This document shows, in pieces, positions 48,882 through 58,917 of a stretch of 64,000 bases of DNA. The translations under genes were made by a program, and so were the position numbers. The DNA comes from Candidatus Latescibacterota bacterium. GTDB taxonomy: Bacteria > Latescibacterota > UBA2968 > GCA-2709665. Each line of letters opens with the position of its first letter. The stretch's first letter is position 1. The stretch is taken from the NCBI GenBank assembly GCA_965208835.1, contig OZ242358.1, positions 1,728,001-1,792,000 on the forward strand, written 5' to 3'. The notes under the pieces are model-generated. The model did not search any database, was not told the DNA's origin, and saw only the letters and a program-made list of their open reading frames with translations.

Positions 48882-50246
48882 ATGAAGAACTTGCTCAAAT
48901 TGCAATCCGGCCTGCTTCTGTGTGTCTTCTTCAGCGGTTGCGCCACCTATACCCACAATGCCGTCACCTTCAGAAGCAGCCTCGCCGGTGGCCACTACGA
49001 AACCGCGCTGCAGACTCTGGGTAATGCCCGGAAAGGCCCCGCACGTCTGCTCTATCTTATGGAGAATGGCCTCATTTCGCACTATAGAGGCGAATATCAC
49101 GCGTCGAACCGGTTTTTCGAGTCCGCCGAACGGCTCTCGGATAGGCTCTTTACGAGGTCGTTGTCCCGCGAGGTGGCCTCGCTGATCACCAATGACCAGG
49201 TACGCGCCTATCGGGGCGAGGAATTCGAACTCGCGTTCATCAACTATTACAGGGCGCTCAACTACTGGTATCTGAATGAGCCGGAGGACGCCCTTGTGGA
49301 GTGCCGAAAGGCCAACCTGAAACTGGATCGTTACGCGGCCCAGGCCGATTACGACGCCACGTACAGGAACGATGCCTTCATTCATTACATAACGGGCCTG
49401 ATTTACGAAGCAACCGGCGAACTCAACGACGCATACGTGTCCTATCGGAACGCATTGGACGCATACGAGACGTATCACGAAGCGTTTGGCCTTGCAGCGC
49501 CGGAGACCCTCGCGAGAGACCTGAGGCGCGTCGAGACCGCCCTGGACTTTGTCGACAACCCCGGGGAAGCAGTCGCCACCCGTGACTCGCACTCAGCCGG
49601 GGACGGCGAACTGATCGTCTTCTCGGAAATCGGATTCGTACCGCACAAGGTAGAGGAGGAAATCAGCCTGCCGATCTACGAGGGCGATGACTTTGGCGGA
49701 AAGAAGGACCGCCTTGAAGGTGTCTCCCGAAAAATCGCGTACCGGCATTTCAAACCGCACTATGCGGGTAAATCAAAAGTCAAATACTGGTTGCGCGTGG
49801 CCCTGCCCGCGTACAAGGACGTCGTGCCGCACACCCACACGATACGGGTCAGCGCCGCGGGACGTCAGACCGCCACCACACTGGCCGAAGACCTCTCGTC
49901 GATCGCGTGGCAGACGTTTCAGGACAAACAGCCGGCGATCCTCGCGCGTACGGTCGCGCGAGGACTGGTCAAGTATTCGGCTTCAGTCAAGGCGAAAGAG
50001 AAGAGCAAGGTCCTTGGATTCATCGTCAATCTGTTCTCTGCCGCAATCGAAACGGCCGATACCCGGAGCTGGGTTTCGCTGCCGCACAACGTGCAGATTG
50101 GCAGGCTCGCGCTGCCCGCCGGGACGCACACCCTGACGCTGGAATCCCTCGACAACCGGGGGCGCGTCATCGAAACCGGAACCATTTCGGATATAGACAT
50201 CCGACCTGGAACCCGGACCTTCGTAAACTACCGGACGTACAAATAG
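48882..50246 (+). CDS. COG3014-type TPR-like lipoprotein
   Basis: Lipobox FSGC; Y.GE..E, ALVE.R, ADTRSW.SLP. Confidence 0.8.
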   Translation: MKNLLKLQSGLLLCVFFSGCATYTHNAVTFRSSLAGGHYETALQTLGNARKGPARLLYLMENGLISHYRGEYHASNRFFESAERLSDRLFTRSLSREVASLITNDQVRAYRGEEFELAFINYYRALNYWYLNEPEDALVECRKANLKLDRYAAQADYDATYRNDAFIHYITGLIYEATGELNDAYVSYRNALDAYETYHEAFGLAAPETLARDLRRVETALDFVDNPGEAVATRDSHSAGDGELIVFSEIGFVPHKVEEEISLPIYEGDDFGGKKDRLEGVSRKIAYRHFKPHYAGKSKVKYWLRVALPAYKDVVPHTHTIRVSAAGRQTATTLAEDLSSIAWQTFQDKQPAILARTVARGLVKYSASVKAKEKSKVLGFIVNLFSAAIETADTRSWVSLPHNVQIGRLALPAGTHTLTLESLDNRGRVIETGTISDIDIRPGTRTFVNYRTYK

Positions 50247-50272
50247 CCACTGCAACCGAGAGGAGGAACACC

Positions 50273-51073
50273 ATGAAGCAACAGATTCGGATCTGCCTGG
50301 CCCTTGTTCTCGCCGGATGGAGCCAGACGGTATGGGCGGCGGACATTCCAACGCGGGGCGCCGTCGTCAACATCGTGACGTGGGACGGCAGGAACCTGCC
50401 GCCCATCTACGAACGTTCCGATCAGCTGCCCCTCACCCTGGAAGACGTCGTCAATCTCAGCCGGAATGACTTTGACGACGAGGCGATCCGCCGGATGGTG
50501 CAGGAACGCCGGTTTGCGGGAGACGCTTCCGCCGGCGCGCTGATCGAACTCAAGAAGGCAGGCGTTTCGCAGAAGGTCATTCAGGCCATTTCACTGCATG
50601 CACTGCCTCCCAACCGGGCGTTGACCCTTTCCATTCAACTCGAGTTTTCAGGTCGGTCGCGAGAGGCGCGCAGACGATATCTGTACGTCATCATTCCTGA
50701 CGGACCGGCCGAACGCATCTTCACCGCGGATTTGGGGGCCGTACTGGCGGGGAACTGGAGACGGGACGAGCGTGTGGATCTTACGGATCCCCTCCTCCCC
50801 AGGCAGGTCAGGCGCATCACGTTTGCAGACCGCGTGCCGCTGAAGACGTACGGCGCCAAGACAATGCAGGTCTTCACGTCGACCAAACCGGATATCTTCC
50901 AGTCATCCGATATTCCCGAAGCGGACCGCGCCGGCATCCGGGAGTTCCCCTTCGACTATCCGGTGAGTTCGACGCTGCAGGACTGCCGGCTGCAGGTGCG
51001 CTATCGCGAGGATGTCCTGTTGCCCTACAAATGGCACATGGCGGGCGCACGCTTCCAGTGCGAATGGCACTGA
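50273..51073 (+). CDS. Secreted hypothetical protein
   Basis: AGGAGG RBS, signal peptide; LIELKKAGVS..VI helical motif. Confidence 0.75.
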   Translation: MKQQIRICLALVLAGWSQTVWAADIPTRGAVVNIVTWDGRNLPPIYERSDQLPLTLEDVVNLSRNDFDDEAIRRMVQERRFAGDASAGALIELKKAGVSQKVIQAISLHALPPNRALTLSIQLEFSGRSREARRRYLYVIIPDGPAERIFTADLGAVLAGNWRRDERVDLTDPLLPRQVRRITFADRVPLKTYGAKTMQVFTSTKPDIFQSSDIPEADRAGIREFPFDYPVSSTLQDCRLQVRYREDVLLPYKWHMAGARFQCEWH

Positions 51074-51150
51074 ATCACACGCCACCTGCCCGGGAGAATC
51101 ACATTCAGCCGCATCGCCTTACAAACCATCTTGCCAGGAGGAGAATCGCC

Positions 51151-51747
51151 ATGAAACCAGGAAACTGCATCGCCGTCGCCATCGTCCTCGCGTTCGCGGT
51201 CAGCTGCGCGGGACCCAGAGCCTTCACGAAGGGCTCGTACGAAGATCCCAACACCATTGCGCTGCTGGATGACCGGTTCAGCGAAAATGACATGCAACTC
51301 ATCGCGAAGAAGATGATTCAGTCCATGGCCGACAGCGACATTTCCGGCAGCAGCGGCACGCCCGTTGTCATGATCGGAAAAATGCGCAACCGTACAGCGG
51401 AACACATCGACATGACGATGCTTTCCAACAAGGTCCGCACACAGCTCCTCCAGAGCGGCAGGTTTCGTTTCGCCGACGTGGTGAACCGCCGGGACATCGC
51501 CGAGGAGTACGAGTACCAGCAGTCCGGATACGTGGACCCGGACCAGGCCAGGGGTCCCGGCAGCCAGACGGGCGCGGAATACCTGCTGACGGGCACGCTC
51601 ACGGCAAACGTGCAGCAGGTCGGCAAGAACAAACTGGTCTACTACAAGGCGACCTTCCAGCTGACCAATCTGCTTACGTCGGAAATCGCCTGGGCCGACG
51701 AAAAGGAAATCCGGAAGGCTTACAAGAAACGGCATATCGGAATCTGA
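51151..51747 (+). CDS. lpoB: LpoB-like lipoprotein (PBP1b activator/CsgG-like fold)
   Basis: Lipobox AVSC; NRTAEHID, GAEYLLTG, EIAW..EKEI.K. Confidence 0.8.
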   Translation: MKPGNCIAVAIVLAFAVSCAGPRAFTKGSYEDPNTIALLDDRFSENDMQLIAKKMIQSMADSDISGSSGTPVVMIGKMRNRTAEHIDMTMLSNKVRTQLLQSGRFRFADVVNRRDIAEEYEYQQSGYVDPDQARGPGSQTGAEYLLTGTLTANVQQVGKNKLVYYKATFQLTNLLTSEIAWADEKEIRKAYKKRHIGI

Positions 51748-51797
51748 TCGGCAGGCATTCGGCCCTGTCCCCCGTCAAACCCAAAAGGAGAATCGCC

Positions 51798-52352
51798 ATG
51801 AAAATCGCAAATCTCACCCTGATCTTCACCATCTGCGGCGCACTGGTCTGCCTGCCGCTGGAAGCCGGGGAGTCCGGCAGGACCGACGGCCCGGAAGGCA
51901 GCGAACTGGGCCGGGGCGGCTATCCGTTCGGCGGCCCTGAAGGCCGGTTTTACGTCAGCCCCGCGTTCGGCTCCGGTATATTCGACGGGAACGCGGACGG
52001 CAACCGCACCGGACTGCTCTACAGCCTGAACCTGGGCTACGAGCGGGACGGGTGGCTGGCGATCGAAGGCGGTTATGCGTATCTTTCGGACAGAAAGCTG
52101 TCCATCTACAGCCTGGGTTCACGCCTGGACTACAACGCCGATCCGTTCGTCTATTATTTCTCCACGCAGGCCGGGCTATACAAGCCGGAGGACGGTGAAA
52201 GCAACTTCGGCCTTGCACCGGGCGCGGGCATCGACATCATTCTCAACGACAGGATTCGCCTGGGCCTGAACTACAAGCGGGACTTCATCTTCTCCGACGG
52301 CAGCACGACGGAAATCGACCGGCTGTACGCGGGACTCAAGTTTTATTTCTAA
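51798..52352 (+). CDS. Outer-membrane beta-barrel protein
   Basis: Signal peptide; amphipathic strands; C-terminal AGLKFYF. Confidence 0.82.
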   Translation: MKIANLTLIFTICGALVCLPLEAGESGRTDGPEGSELGRGGYPFGGPEGRFYVSPAFGSGIFDGNADGNRTGLLYSLNLGYERDGWLAIEGGYAYLSDRKLSIYSLGSRLDYNADPFVYYFSTQAGLYKPEDGESNFGLAPGAGIDIILNDRIRLGLNYKRDFIFSDGSTTEIDRLYAGLKFYF

Positions 52353-52379
52353 GCAACGGCATTGAACGTCAATGCAAGC

Positions 52380-52416
52380 AAACGGGCTGCCGGGCTCTTT
52401 CACCGGCAGCCCGTTT
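52380..52416 (+). terminator. Intrinsic terminator
   Basis: Perfect 14-bp stem AAACGGGCTGCCGG/CCGGCAGCCCGTTT. Confidence 0.75.
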
Positions 52417-52514
52417 CGCTTGATGCGTTTGCATTGCCACGTGTCGACCGATTGGTTACCTTTGAACGGCTGGCGGGCAGGAGGGGCGGCGTTCGGCTAT
52501 CGAGGCTCCGGTTC

Positions 52515-53747
52515 ATGATCATTCGAGATCCAATCCACGGTGACATCCGGTTTGGCGAAGTGGAACGCCGGCTGATGGATACCCGTCAGTTTCAGCGGCT
52601 GCGGGGCATCCGGCAGACGGGTACGGCGCATCTCGTTTACCCGGGGTGTACGCATACCCGGTTCGAACACTCCCTGGGCACCGCCGCAATGGCGAGGCAT
52701 ATCACTGGCGTCCTCCGGGAATCCGGGACCGACGTGAGCCCCGAGCAGGAAACCACGGTTGTTCTGGCGGCTCTCGTACACGACGTGTCTCATTTCCCGT
52801 TCGGCCATACCTTCGAAGACGAACGCAAGCTGTTTCCGCGCCACGATTCGGCGGAACGGATGCGAAATGCGCTCTCACAGGACGAACTGGCGAGTGCACT
52901 CGACGCGTCGGGTCAGAGAGAACAGGTGGTCGCCCTGCTGACCGAGCGCGGTTTCGATCCGCCCTGGATGAGGCAGATCGTTAGCAGCACAGTCGACGCG
53001 GACCTGCTGGACTACCTCCGCCGCGACGCGTATTTCGCGGGCTTGAAGCATGATTACGACGACCGCATTCTGAGTACCTTCACCGTTGCCGACAACAAGC
53101 TCGCTATCAACCTAGAGAAACTCAGCACACGGACGGAATTGCTGCACCTTCTCCGCCTTCGTTATTTTCTCACCGAACGTGTCTATTTTCACCATGCGAA
53201 AGTCGCGTCCGGCACGATGATCGCCAAGGCCGTGGAACTGGCCGTGCAACTTGGCCTTCGGGAAGAGGACATTCAGACCCATACCGACGGCGCGCTTCTT
53301 CGTTCTCTCGTCGCTCGAAAGGACGAGCGCATCGAACGCCTGGTCCGCGGCGTGGTCTACCGCGATCTTCTGAAGCGGGCATACGTGTTGTCCACCGGAG
53401 AAATCGGTCGGCGCGCCAGGGATGAACTGATCGCCTCGTACACCAGGTCCGTCGAGTCCAGACAGCGGGTGGAACGCGAAATCGCGGACGCCATCGTCGT
53501 CGAGCCCGATCAGGTTATCCTGTACTGTCCGGACATTTCCTCCATCAAGGAGGCGAGGGTCTTTACGAAAACGAAGACCGGCGTTCGGCGCCTCAACGAA
53601 CCCCTCGACAGTCCGCCGTTTGACGTCAAGGCGGTCGAGGACCAGTACGAACGCCTCTGGAAGCTGTACGTCTTTGTCCCCGACGGCTACCAGGAACGCG
53701 CCGGCAAGGTCTGTGAACGCCTTTTCGGAGAGAAGAACGCCCTCTAG
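52515..53747 (+). CDS. HD-domain phosphohydrolase (dNTP triphosphohydrolase/SAMHD1-like)
   Basis: RDPIHG, QRLRGIRQ, HTRFEHSLG, HDVSH.PFGH, DAD.LDYL.RD, VYFH. Confidence 0.92.
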   Translation: MIIRDPIHGDIRFGEVERRLMDTRQFQRLRGIRQTGTAHLVYPGCTHTRFEHSLGTAAMARHITGVLRESGTDVSPEQETTVVLAALVHDVSHFPFGHTFEDERKLFPRHDSAERMRNALSQDELASALDASGQREQVVALLTERGFDPPWMRQIVSSTVDADLLDYLRRDAYFAGLKHDYDDRILSTFTVADNKLAINLEKLSTRTELLHLLRLRYFLTERVYFHHAKVASGTMIAKAVELAVQLGLREEDIQTHTDGALLRSLVARKDERIERLVRGVVYRDLLKRAYVLSTGEIGRRARDELIASYTRSVESRQRVEREIADAIVVEPDQVILYCPDISSIKEARVFTKTKTGVRRLNEPLDSPPFDVKAVEDQYERLWKLYVFVPDGYQERAGKVCERLFGEKNAL

Positions 53748-53770
53748 TGCCATTTATCCGATATTGCTCG

Positions 53771-54295
53771 TCATCCGCGATCCCGCCGCTGGCCGGGATG
53801 TCTCACGTCGCGGAAGAGTGGGAGTTCGTCCGCCGTCCTGTCTTCCATGCGCTTGTGGCACGGCCGGCAGACCGAGATCAGATTGTCCGGGCGGTTGGCC
53901 GCAGCGGCCGATGCGAACAACCGGACAGGTATCTTGTGATGGACGTCAAGTTGCCGTCCCAGCGTCTCCTCCGCAACGCCACAGTTCCGGCACCGGAAAC
54001 CGTCCCGTTCTCTCGCCAGCGCGGCCCGCACCTTCCAGTTCCCGCCCCTGAATTGCGGTCGGCCCGTCAAGACCAGGCGTTCCTCGACGTCCGGAAGCAG
54101 GGATGCCCACGCCTCAAGGCAGGATTTGCTGCAGAAGTGCAGCCGGATTCCTGTCGGGTCAGACCACTGCGGGAAGCCAAATCGGTTTCCGCACTGTTCG
54201 CACCGCGCCGGGACCGTCCGTACCCGGGGCCTCGGCAGACCATCCGGGAAACGCAGTTGCAACTGGTTCAGGCATACTGGAATGTTGCGTCCCAT
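53771..54295 (-). CDS. HNH endonuclease with N-terminal Zn ribbon
   Basis: CEQC..FCSKSC; RERDGFRCRNCG..LDVHH..NLISVCRPCH; start 54295 or 54337. Confidence 0.85.
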   Translation of the reverse strand: MGRNIPVCLNQLQLRFPDGLPRPRVRTVPARCEQCGNRFGFPQWSDPTGIRLHFCSKSCLEAWASLLPDVEERLVLTGRPQFRGGNWKVRAALARERDGFRCRNCGVAEETLGRQLDVHHKIPVRLFASAAAANRPDNLISVCRPCHKRMEDRTADELPLFRDVRHPGQRRDRG

Positions 54296-54369
54296 ACGTA
54301 CCCACCCGGGCTTAATCCAGGACCGCTCAATACCCATTCCGACAACCGCACCGATATCCAAAAACCGGA

Positions 54370-54409
54370 ATAACACATTGACTATAAGCGTGTTATGGAA
54401 TAAAGTCAA
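54370..54409 (-). promoter_or_regulatory. Sigma70-like promoter of the HNH gene overlapped by an inverted repeat
   Basis: TTGACT-17nt-TATAGT; ATAACAC-N13-GTGTTAT. Confidence 0.6.
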
Positions 54410-54458
54410 ATTGGGACTCCATGCCGGCCGGCTTAACTCTCGATCCAGATCACAGAGG

Positions 54459-54657
54459 TTAGCCTCAATCCAAAGAATACAGTAACGCGGCGACGCGATA
54501 AAACCCTCCGAAACGGGGCAATATCGACGTATAGAATGACGTTTTTTCCCTTCACGTCCAGTGACCCGGTGTATCCTGGTAATCCGCCGTTTAATCGCCT
54601 TTATTTACTAGCACATATTCGAATTGACGTCCCCGAAGACTTATGAATCAAGGTTAG
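54459..54657. mobile_element. 199-bp MITE, copy 2
   Basis: Highly similar to 23126-23324; bounded by TTAG direct repeats. Confidence 0.85.
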
Positions 54658-54664
54658 ATCCGCC

Positions 54665-56275
54665 ATGGCGCAGGTAACGTCGACCGACCGGACGTTAGCT
54701 TCCGGCATCCGTAGGTGCGCTCCCAGGGGCCGCCGGCGTCTGATTCACACCAGCGACACGGGTTCGCATTTCGGAAAGGGTACCTTCCTCTTCGGCGATC
54801 CGGCCGAACCCGGCCATCTCCGGGAGTGGATACGGAACGTTGCTGCCGGAGGCGCCGACACCTATGTCCCGGAAGTGTATTTCGACGGCCTCATCGCGTA
54901 CTACCGAAGCAGTAGATGCCCGAACTGGCGCTCGCCGGCGTTCGGACGATTCGACGCGATGATGGACGGCGGCGTGATGCCCCTGGAAATATTCGTCGAC
55001 GAAGCCCGAAACCAGGGTATCGAGCTGCTCGCGGGCTTCCGGATGAACGATCGCCACGGCGTCAACAGACCCTTTTTCGAAGCGAATCCCGGGTGGATTC
55101 TGAAGGACCTCGGCCATGGCGTTGACTACTCGCTGCCCGACGTGCGGGACTGGGTCTTCTCAATCCTGGAGGAGGTGCCCGGCAGATTCGACGTTGACGG
55201 AATCGAACTCAATTTTGTCCGCCATGGGTACTGTTTTCCGCCGTCCGAGGCCCGCAGCCGGCATCCGGTGATGTCCGACTTCATGCGGCGACTGCGGGCG
55301 ATGCTGGACAGGAACGGCGAAAAGACGGGCCGCCGTCTCCTTCTGGGCGTAAGGGTGCCCACGACTCTGGATGAATGCCGGCACTTCGGGTTCGACGTAC
55401 CCGCGTGGGTCGGGGAAGGGCTCGTCGACTACGTTGCGCCCACCGACTATCACTACACCGATTTCAACATGAAGGTGGACGAATTTGCCCGTGTTGTCCG
55501 CGGCGCCGACAGCTGTTACCTGTATCCCGCCATTCAGGCCGACGTGCCGGGAAACTGCGCAATCATGTCGCTGGACAACTACCGCGCCGCCGTCCGCAAC
55601 TTCTATGAATCCGGCGCCGACGGGATTTCCACCCACAACTACGATGTCTATATGTGGGGCCAGCTACGCAGCAGGAGCTATCCCGGACCCGCGGACATGT
55701 ACCCCGGGGCGTTGGGGTACTTCAACACCCTCAAGGACCCTGATGCGGTTGCCGGTGGAGACAGGCACTATCTATTCCTGCCGCTCTGGGCGCACGAACT
55801 CCACCCGAAGGGCTACCGGAACATCGTCATCCCGCATCCCCGCGCAACCGTGAGCGAGTCGGGCGCGAGCGCGGAATTTCCTTTCCGGATCTGCGAGCAC
55901 CTGCCGGAAGAGGCCGACCTGCCCCTGGACGAGCGCGGCGTATACGCGGGCACATTCAACCGTGCCGGCAAACCTCCGGGCGCCTGGCTGGTTTTCAGAG
56001 CCATCGGAAAGAGACCCGAGGATGAGATTGCCGTAACGCTCAATGCCCGGGAGATTCCGGCCGGCGCGATCAGGTCGATCTGGCATCCGCAAGGCCGACC
56101 GGCGTGGGAGGGGCGTCCACTGGCGCCATACACTGAATTCCGCGTCAGTCTGACGTCGCCGCCCGCAATCCACGGAGACAATACCCTGGGCATCAGGCTG
56201 GTCGAGAAGAATCGCGCCGAAACCTGCGACATTACGGTAGACGAAGTCGAGGTCGTCGTCAACGTCGTGGACTGA
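54665..56275 (+). CDS. GH10-like (DUF187/GHL10) TIM-barrel protein
   Basis: FRMNDRH, DYS.P.VR, FDVDGIELNF.R, W..EGLVDY. Confidence 0.75.
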   Translation: MAQVTSTDRTLASGIRRCAPRGRRRLIHTSDTGSHFGKGTFLFGDPAEPGHLREWIRNVAAGGADTYVPEVYFDGLIAYYRSSRCPNWRSPAFGRFDAMMDGGVMPLEIFVDEARNQGIELLAGFRMNDRHGVNRPFFEANPGWILKDLGHGVDYSLPDVRDWVFSILEEVPGRFDVDGIELNFVRHGYCFPPSEARSRHPVMSDFMRRLRAMLDRNGEKTGRRLLLGVRVPTTLDECRHFGFDVPAWVGEGLVDYVAPTDYHYTDFNMKVDEFARVVRGADSCYLYPAIQADVPGNCAIMSLDNYRAAVRNFYESGADGISTHNYDVYMWGQLRSRSYPGPADMYPGALGYFNTLKDPDAVAGGDRHYLFLPLWAHELHPKGYRNIVIPHPRATVSESGASAEFPFRICEHLPEEADLPLDERGVYAGTFNRAGKPPGAWLVFRAIGKRPEDEIAVTLNAREIPAGAIRSIWHPQGRPAWEGRPLAPYTEFRVSLTSPPAIHGDNTLGIRLVEKNRAETCDITVDEVEVVVNVVD

Positions 56276-56291
56276 CCGCCGTCATCCAAAG

Positions 56292-57512
56292 GTGAAGGCA
56301 CAAGCAGACAAGAGGAATCCGGTCATGCCCGTACCGGACATCTACACGGAAACAAGAATCTCCATGCTCACGCCCGAACTCAGGCAGAGGGTGAGGGACA
56401 ACCTTGTAACCTCGCAGTTCACGAAGGCGGGATGCACCCGGCCCGACGGAAAGGATTGGCCGGCATGGTTCGACCAGGCACCGATCCGGCGAATTCGTGT
56501 GGCGACAGGTTCGCGGGCGTTCGGTACCTACAATCATCAGGCCGGAATCTGCAGGTGGCGTGGAAAATACTGGTACGTCTTCTCCAACGGACGCGTGGAC
56601 GAAGAGGCGCCCGGCCAGCGGACCCTGATTACACACAGCGAGGATCTGGCCGCATGGTCACGGCCGGGTTGCGTGGCGCCCGGCGACGTCCAGGGAAGGA
56701 TGTGGCGAAATACCGGTGGAATCATGGGTTACGACGACCGTCTCGTCGTATTCGTGCAGACGAAAACCGGGGGCGGCGTGGCTCGCAGGCCGGGGATGAG
56801 CGCGAGAGACGAAAGCAGGATAACCTGCGGCGTCGGACTCTGCGTGTCTGCTGACGGTGAGAGCTGGACGGAGCGCGACGTCGCCGAGGACTGCTACTGG
56901 TTCGAGGCGCCGCGGCTGACGCGGGAGGGCAGGCTTCTGTGCGCCGGGTCACGGCGAGGACACCCGATCGTGTTCCTCTGGCCCGGAGAGAATCCTCTGG
57001 ATCGTCCCGAGGTCGTGGAGATCCCCTTCGACGGTTCGCGGGGGATGGATTCGGGACGGTTTCCGTACGGAGAAGCATCGTGGTACGAAACGGACGAGGG
57101 CGCGATATTCATGTTCCACCGGAACGAGACGGACGAGATGAGGCTGCGCGTGGCGGTCAGCGAGGACGGCGGCCGAAGCTGGACACCGCCCATGCTGTCG
57201 AATATTCCCGACTCGAAATCCCGCGTCAGTGCGGGACGCCTGACCGACGGTCGTTTTTTTCTTATCAACAACGCCATTGCCGACCTGCTGAACCGGGTGC
57301 CCCTGATGATTTCCATTTCGTCGGACGGCGTGAAATTCGAGCGACAATACTTTCTGATCAACGAAACCACCGCCATTGCGTTTCCTGGCGCGCTCAAGGC
57401 GCACGGCCACCAGTATCCCTGCGCGCTGGTCGAGCAGGACCGGCTGATCGTGGCCTACTCTGTCAACAAGGAACACATGGAACTCCTCACCGTGGAACCG
57501 AGCGACCTGTAA
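56292..57512 (+). CDS. BNR/Asp-box sialidase-like protein
   Basis: SADGESW, SEDGGRSW, SSDG..F, QYP. Confidence 0.8.
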   Translation: MKAQADKRNPVMPVPDIYTETRISMLTPELRQRVRDNLVTSQFTKAGCTRPDGKDWPAWFDQAPIRRIRVATGSRAFGTYNHQAGICRWRGKYWYVFSNGRVDEEAPGQRTLITHSEDLAAWSRPGCVAPGDVQGRMWRNTGGIMGYDDRLVVFVQTKTGGGVARRPGMSARDESRITCGVGLCVSADGESWTERDVAEDCYWFEAPRLTREGRLLCAGSRRGHPIVFLWPGENPLDRPEVVEIPFDGSRGMDSGRFPYGEASWYETDEGAIFMFHRNETDEMRLRVAVSEDGGRSWTPPMLSNIPDSKSRVSAGRLTDGRFFLINNAIADLLNRVPLMISISSDGVKFERQYFLINETTAIAFPGALKAHGHQYPCALVEQDRLIVAYSVNKEHMELLTVEPSDL

Positions 57513-57526
57513 AGCCGCCGAATCGC

Positions 57527-58168
57527 TCAATCGTTCAGCCGAAACCGGATGGGCATCGACATCTTCACCGCGACCAACCGGTCGTTCTGAACGGCAGGCT
57601 CGAACACGAACTGCGAAACCGCCTCGATCGCCGCTTTCCTGAAGATCTCCGGTCCTCGTACGGCACGGACCTGTCTGACGCTCCCGTCTGCGCCCACCGT
57701 GAACGCAACGAACACTACCCCCTCCAGCCCGGCTTTCCTCGCCAATTCAGGGTAGACCGGCATCGTGAAACGGGTCAGCGAGGGTTTCTGCTCAACTCTC
57801 CAGAATTCCAGGACCCCCTCATCGACGGGCGCAGTCTCGTGACGCGCCGGCGGCGACAGCTCCACGGGAACACGATCCAGGTCCAGTTCGGTCAATTCAA
57901 TGGTCACATCTTCGGGCACCTCGTCGGCATCCGCTTCAATCGGCATTGAGGGCCGCTTGGGGTCAGGACGTCTCGGATGCCGGATTTCGGGAATTGGCTC
58001 GACAATGATCACCTCGGTGCGGCGCACCCGCGCCGGTGTGTCCATCTCGAAAGTTGGAAACATCACTGCGAGGACCAGAAGAAACACGACGGAGATCCCG
58101 ACACTCCGTGCCATCACCTTCGGGTACGCCAGCTTCAGATCCGCTTCGGGATGCTTATAACGCAACAT
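57527..58168 (-). CDS. tonB: Energy transducer TonB
   Basis: TM anchor, Pro-rich linker, YPELARKAGLEG.V, F.PA.Q. Confidence 0.9.
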   Translation of the reverse strand: MLRYKHPEADLKLAYPKVMARSVGISVVFLLVLAVMFPTFEMDTPARVRRTEVIIVEPIPEIRHPRRPDPKRPSMPIEADADEVPEDVTIELTELDLDRVPVELSPPARHETAPVDEGVLEFWRVEQKPSLTRFTMPVYPELARKAGLEGVVFVAFTVGADGSVRQVRAVRGPEIFRKAAIEAVSQFVFEPAVQNDRLVAVKMSMPIRFRLND

Positions 58169-58229
58169 CGTCGGCCTCCTTTCAGGTTGTATGTTAACCG
58201 TGACAGGTTGATTTTCCGTTCACCGTCTC

Positions 58230-58802
58230 TCACCTGATATCCAGAATGCGCCTGAGTTTCTCGCCCCAGAGAGCCAGCTTGAGGGAAACGTAGGATCCTC
58301 CAACCATCCGGTCTCTCAACACTCCGAACCGATCCACAAGAAACGTCGTCGGAATGGCATCGACGCCGTACTGCCTTCTGGCCTTGTGTGCTTCATCAAT
58401 CAAGGTGATGAAGTCGTAGTCCCTCTCCATCACAAAATGACGAGCGATGTCCAGAGATTCAATGTTAACGGCCATTACTACAAGGTCGAGACCCGTCTCT
58501 GACACGTGCGCCTGGTTCAGGTGCGGCAGCGAATCAACACACGGTCCGCACCACGTCGCCCAGAAATCAATAAGAACGGTCTTGCCCACATAATCGCTGA
58601 GCCGTACGAAATTACCGTCGATGTCGTGGAGGACAAGATCGGGCGCTCTCTTCTTCAGTTCGGCTGCCGCCTCTCCGTCCGCACCCACGGACACAGGGAT
58701 CTTTCAAGGAAAGGCAGTATAGATGTAGAACATGTGGCCGAGAACCAGTATCGCGAGAACGGCATTGATGCGCTTCAGCGGAAACCCTTTCGCTGGTCTC
58801 AT
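58230..58802 (-). CDS. TlpA/ResA-like membrane-anchored thioredoxin with in-frame TGA at codon 33 (58704-58706)
   Basis: AAGGA RBS and ATG at 58802; TM segment then TGA, in frame with the DFWATWCGPC and IPTT domain. Confidence 0.8.
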
Positions 58803-58857
58803 CGCATTCCTTTGCGGCTTCTAGGCCCGTCCGCACGCGGGCAGACCCAGACAGTGA

Positions 58858-58871
58858 ATTAACGAATTAAT
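58858..58871. promoter_or_regulatory. Palindromic operator ATTAA-N4-TTAAT
   Basis: Same palindrome at 61701-61714 and 61745-61758. Confidence 0.6.
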
Positions 58872-58917
58872 ATTTGGATTTAAAAAAACGGACGAGTATC
58901 CTCTGCCCGGGCGGATG

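Noticed and set aside
52362-52514. N-terminal extension of the HD protein
   Set aside because: Spans a terminator hairpin; family homology starts at MIIRDPIHG
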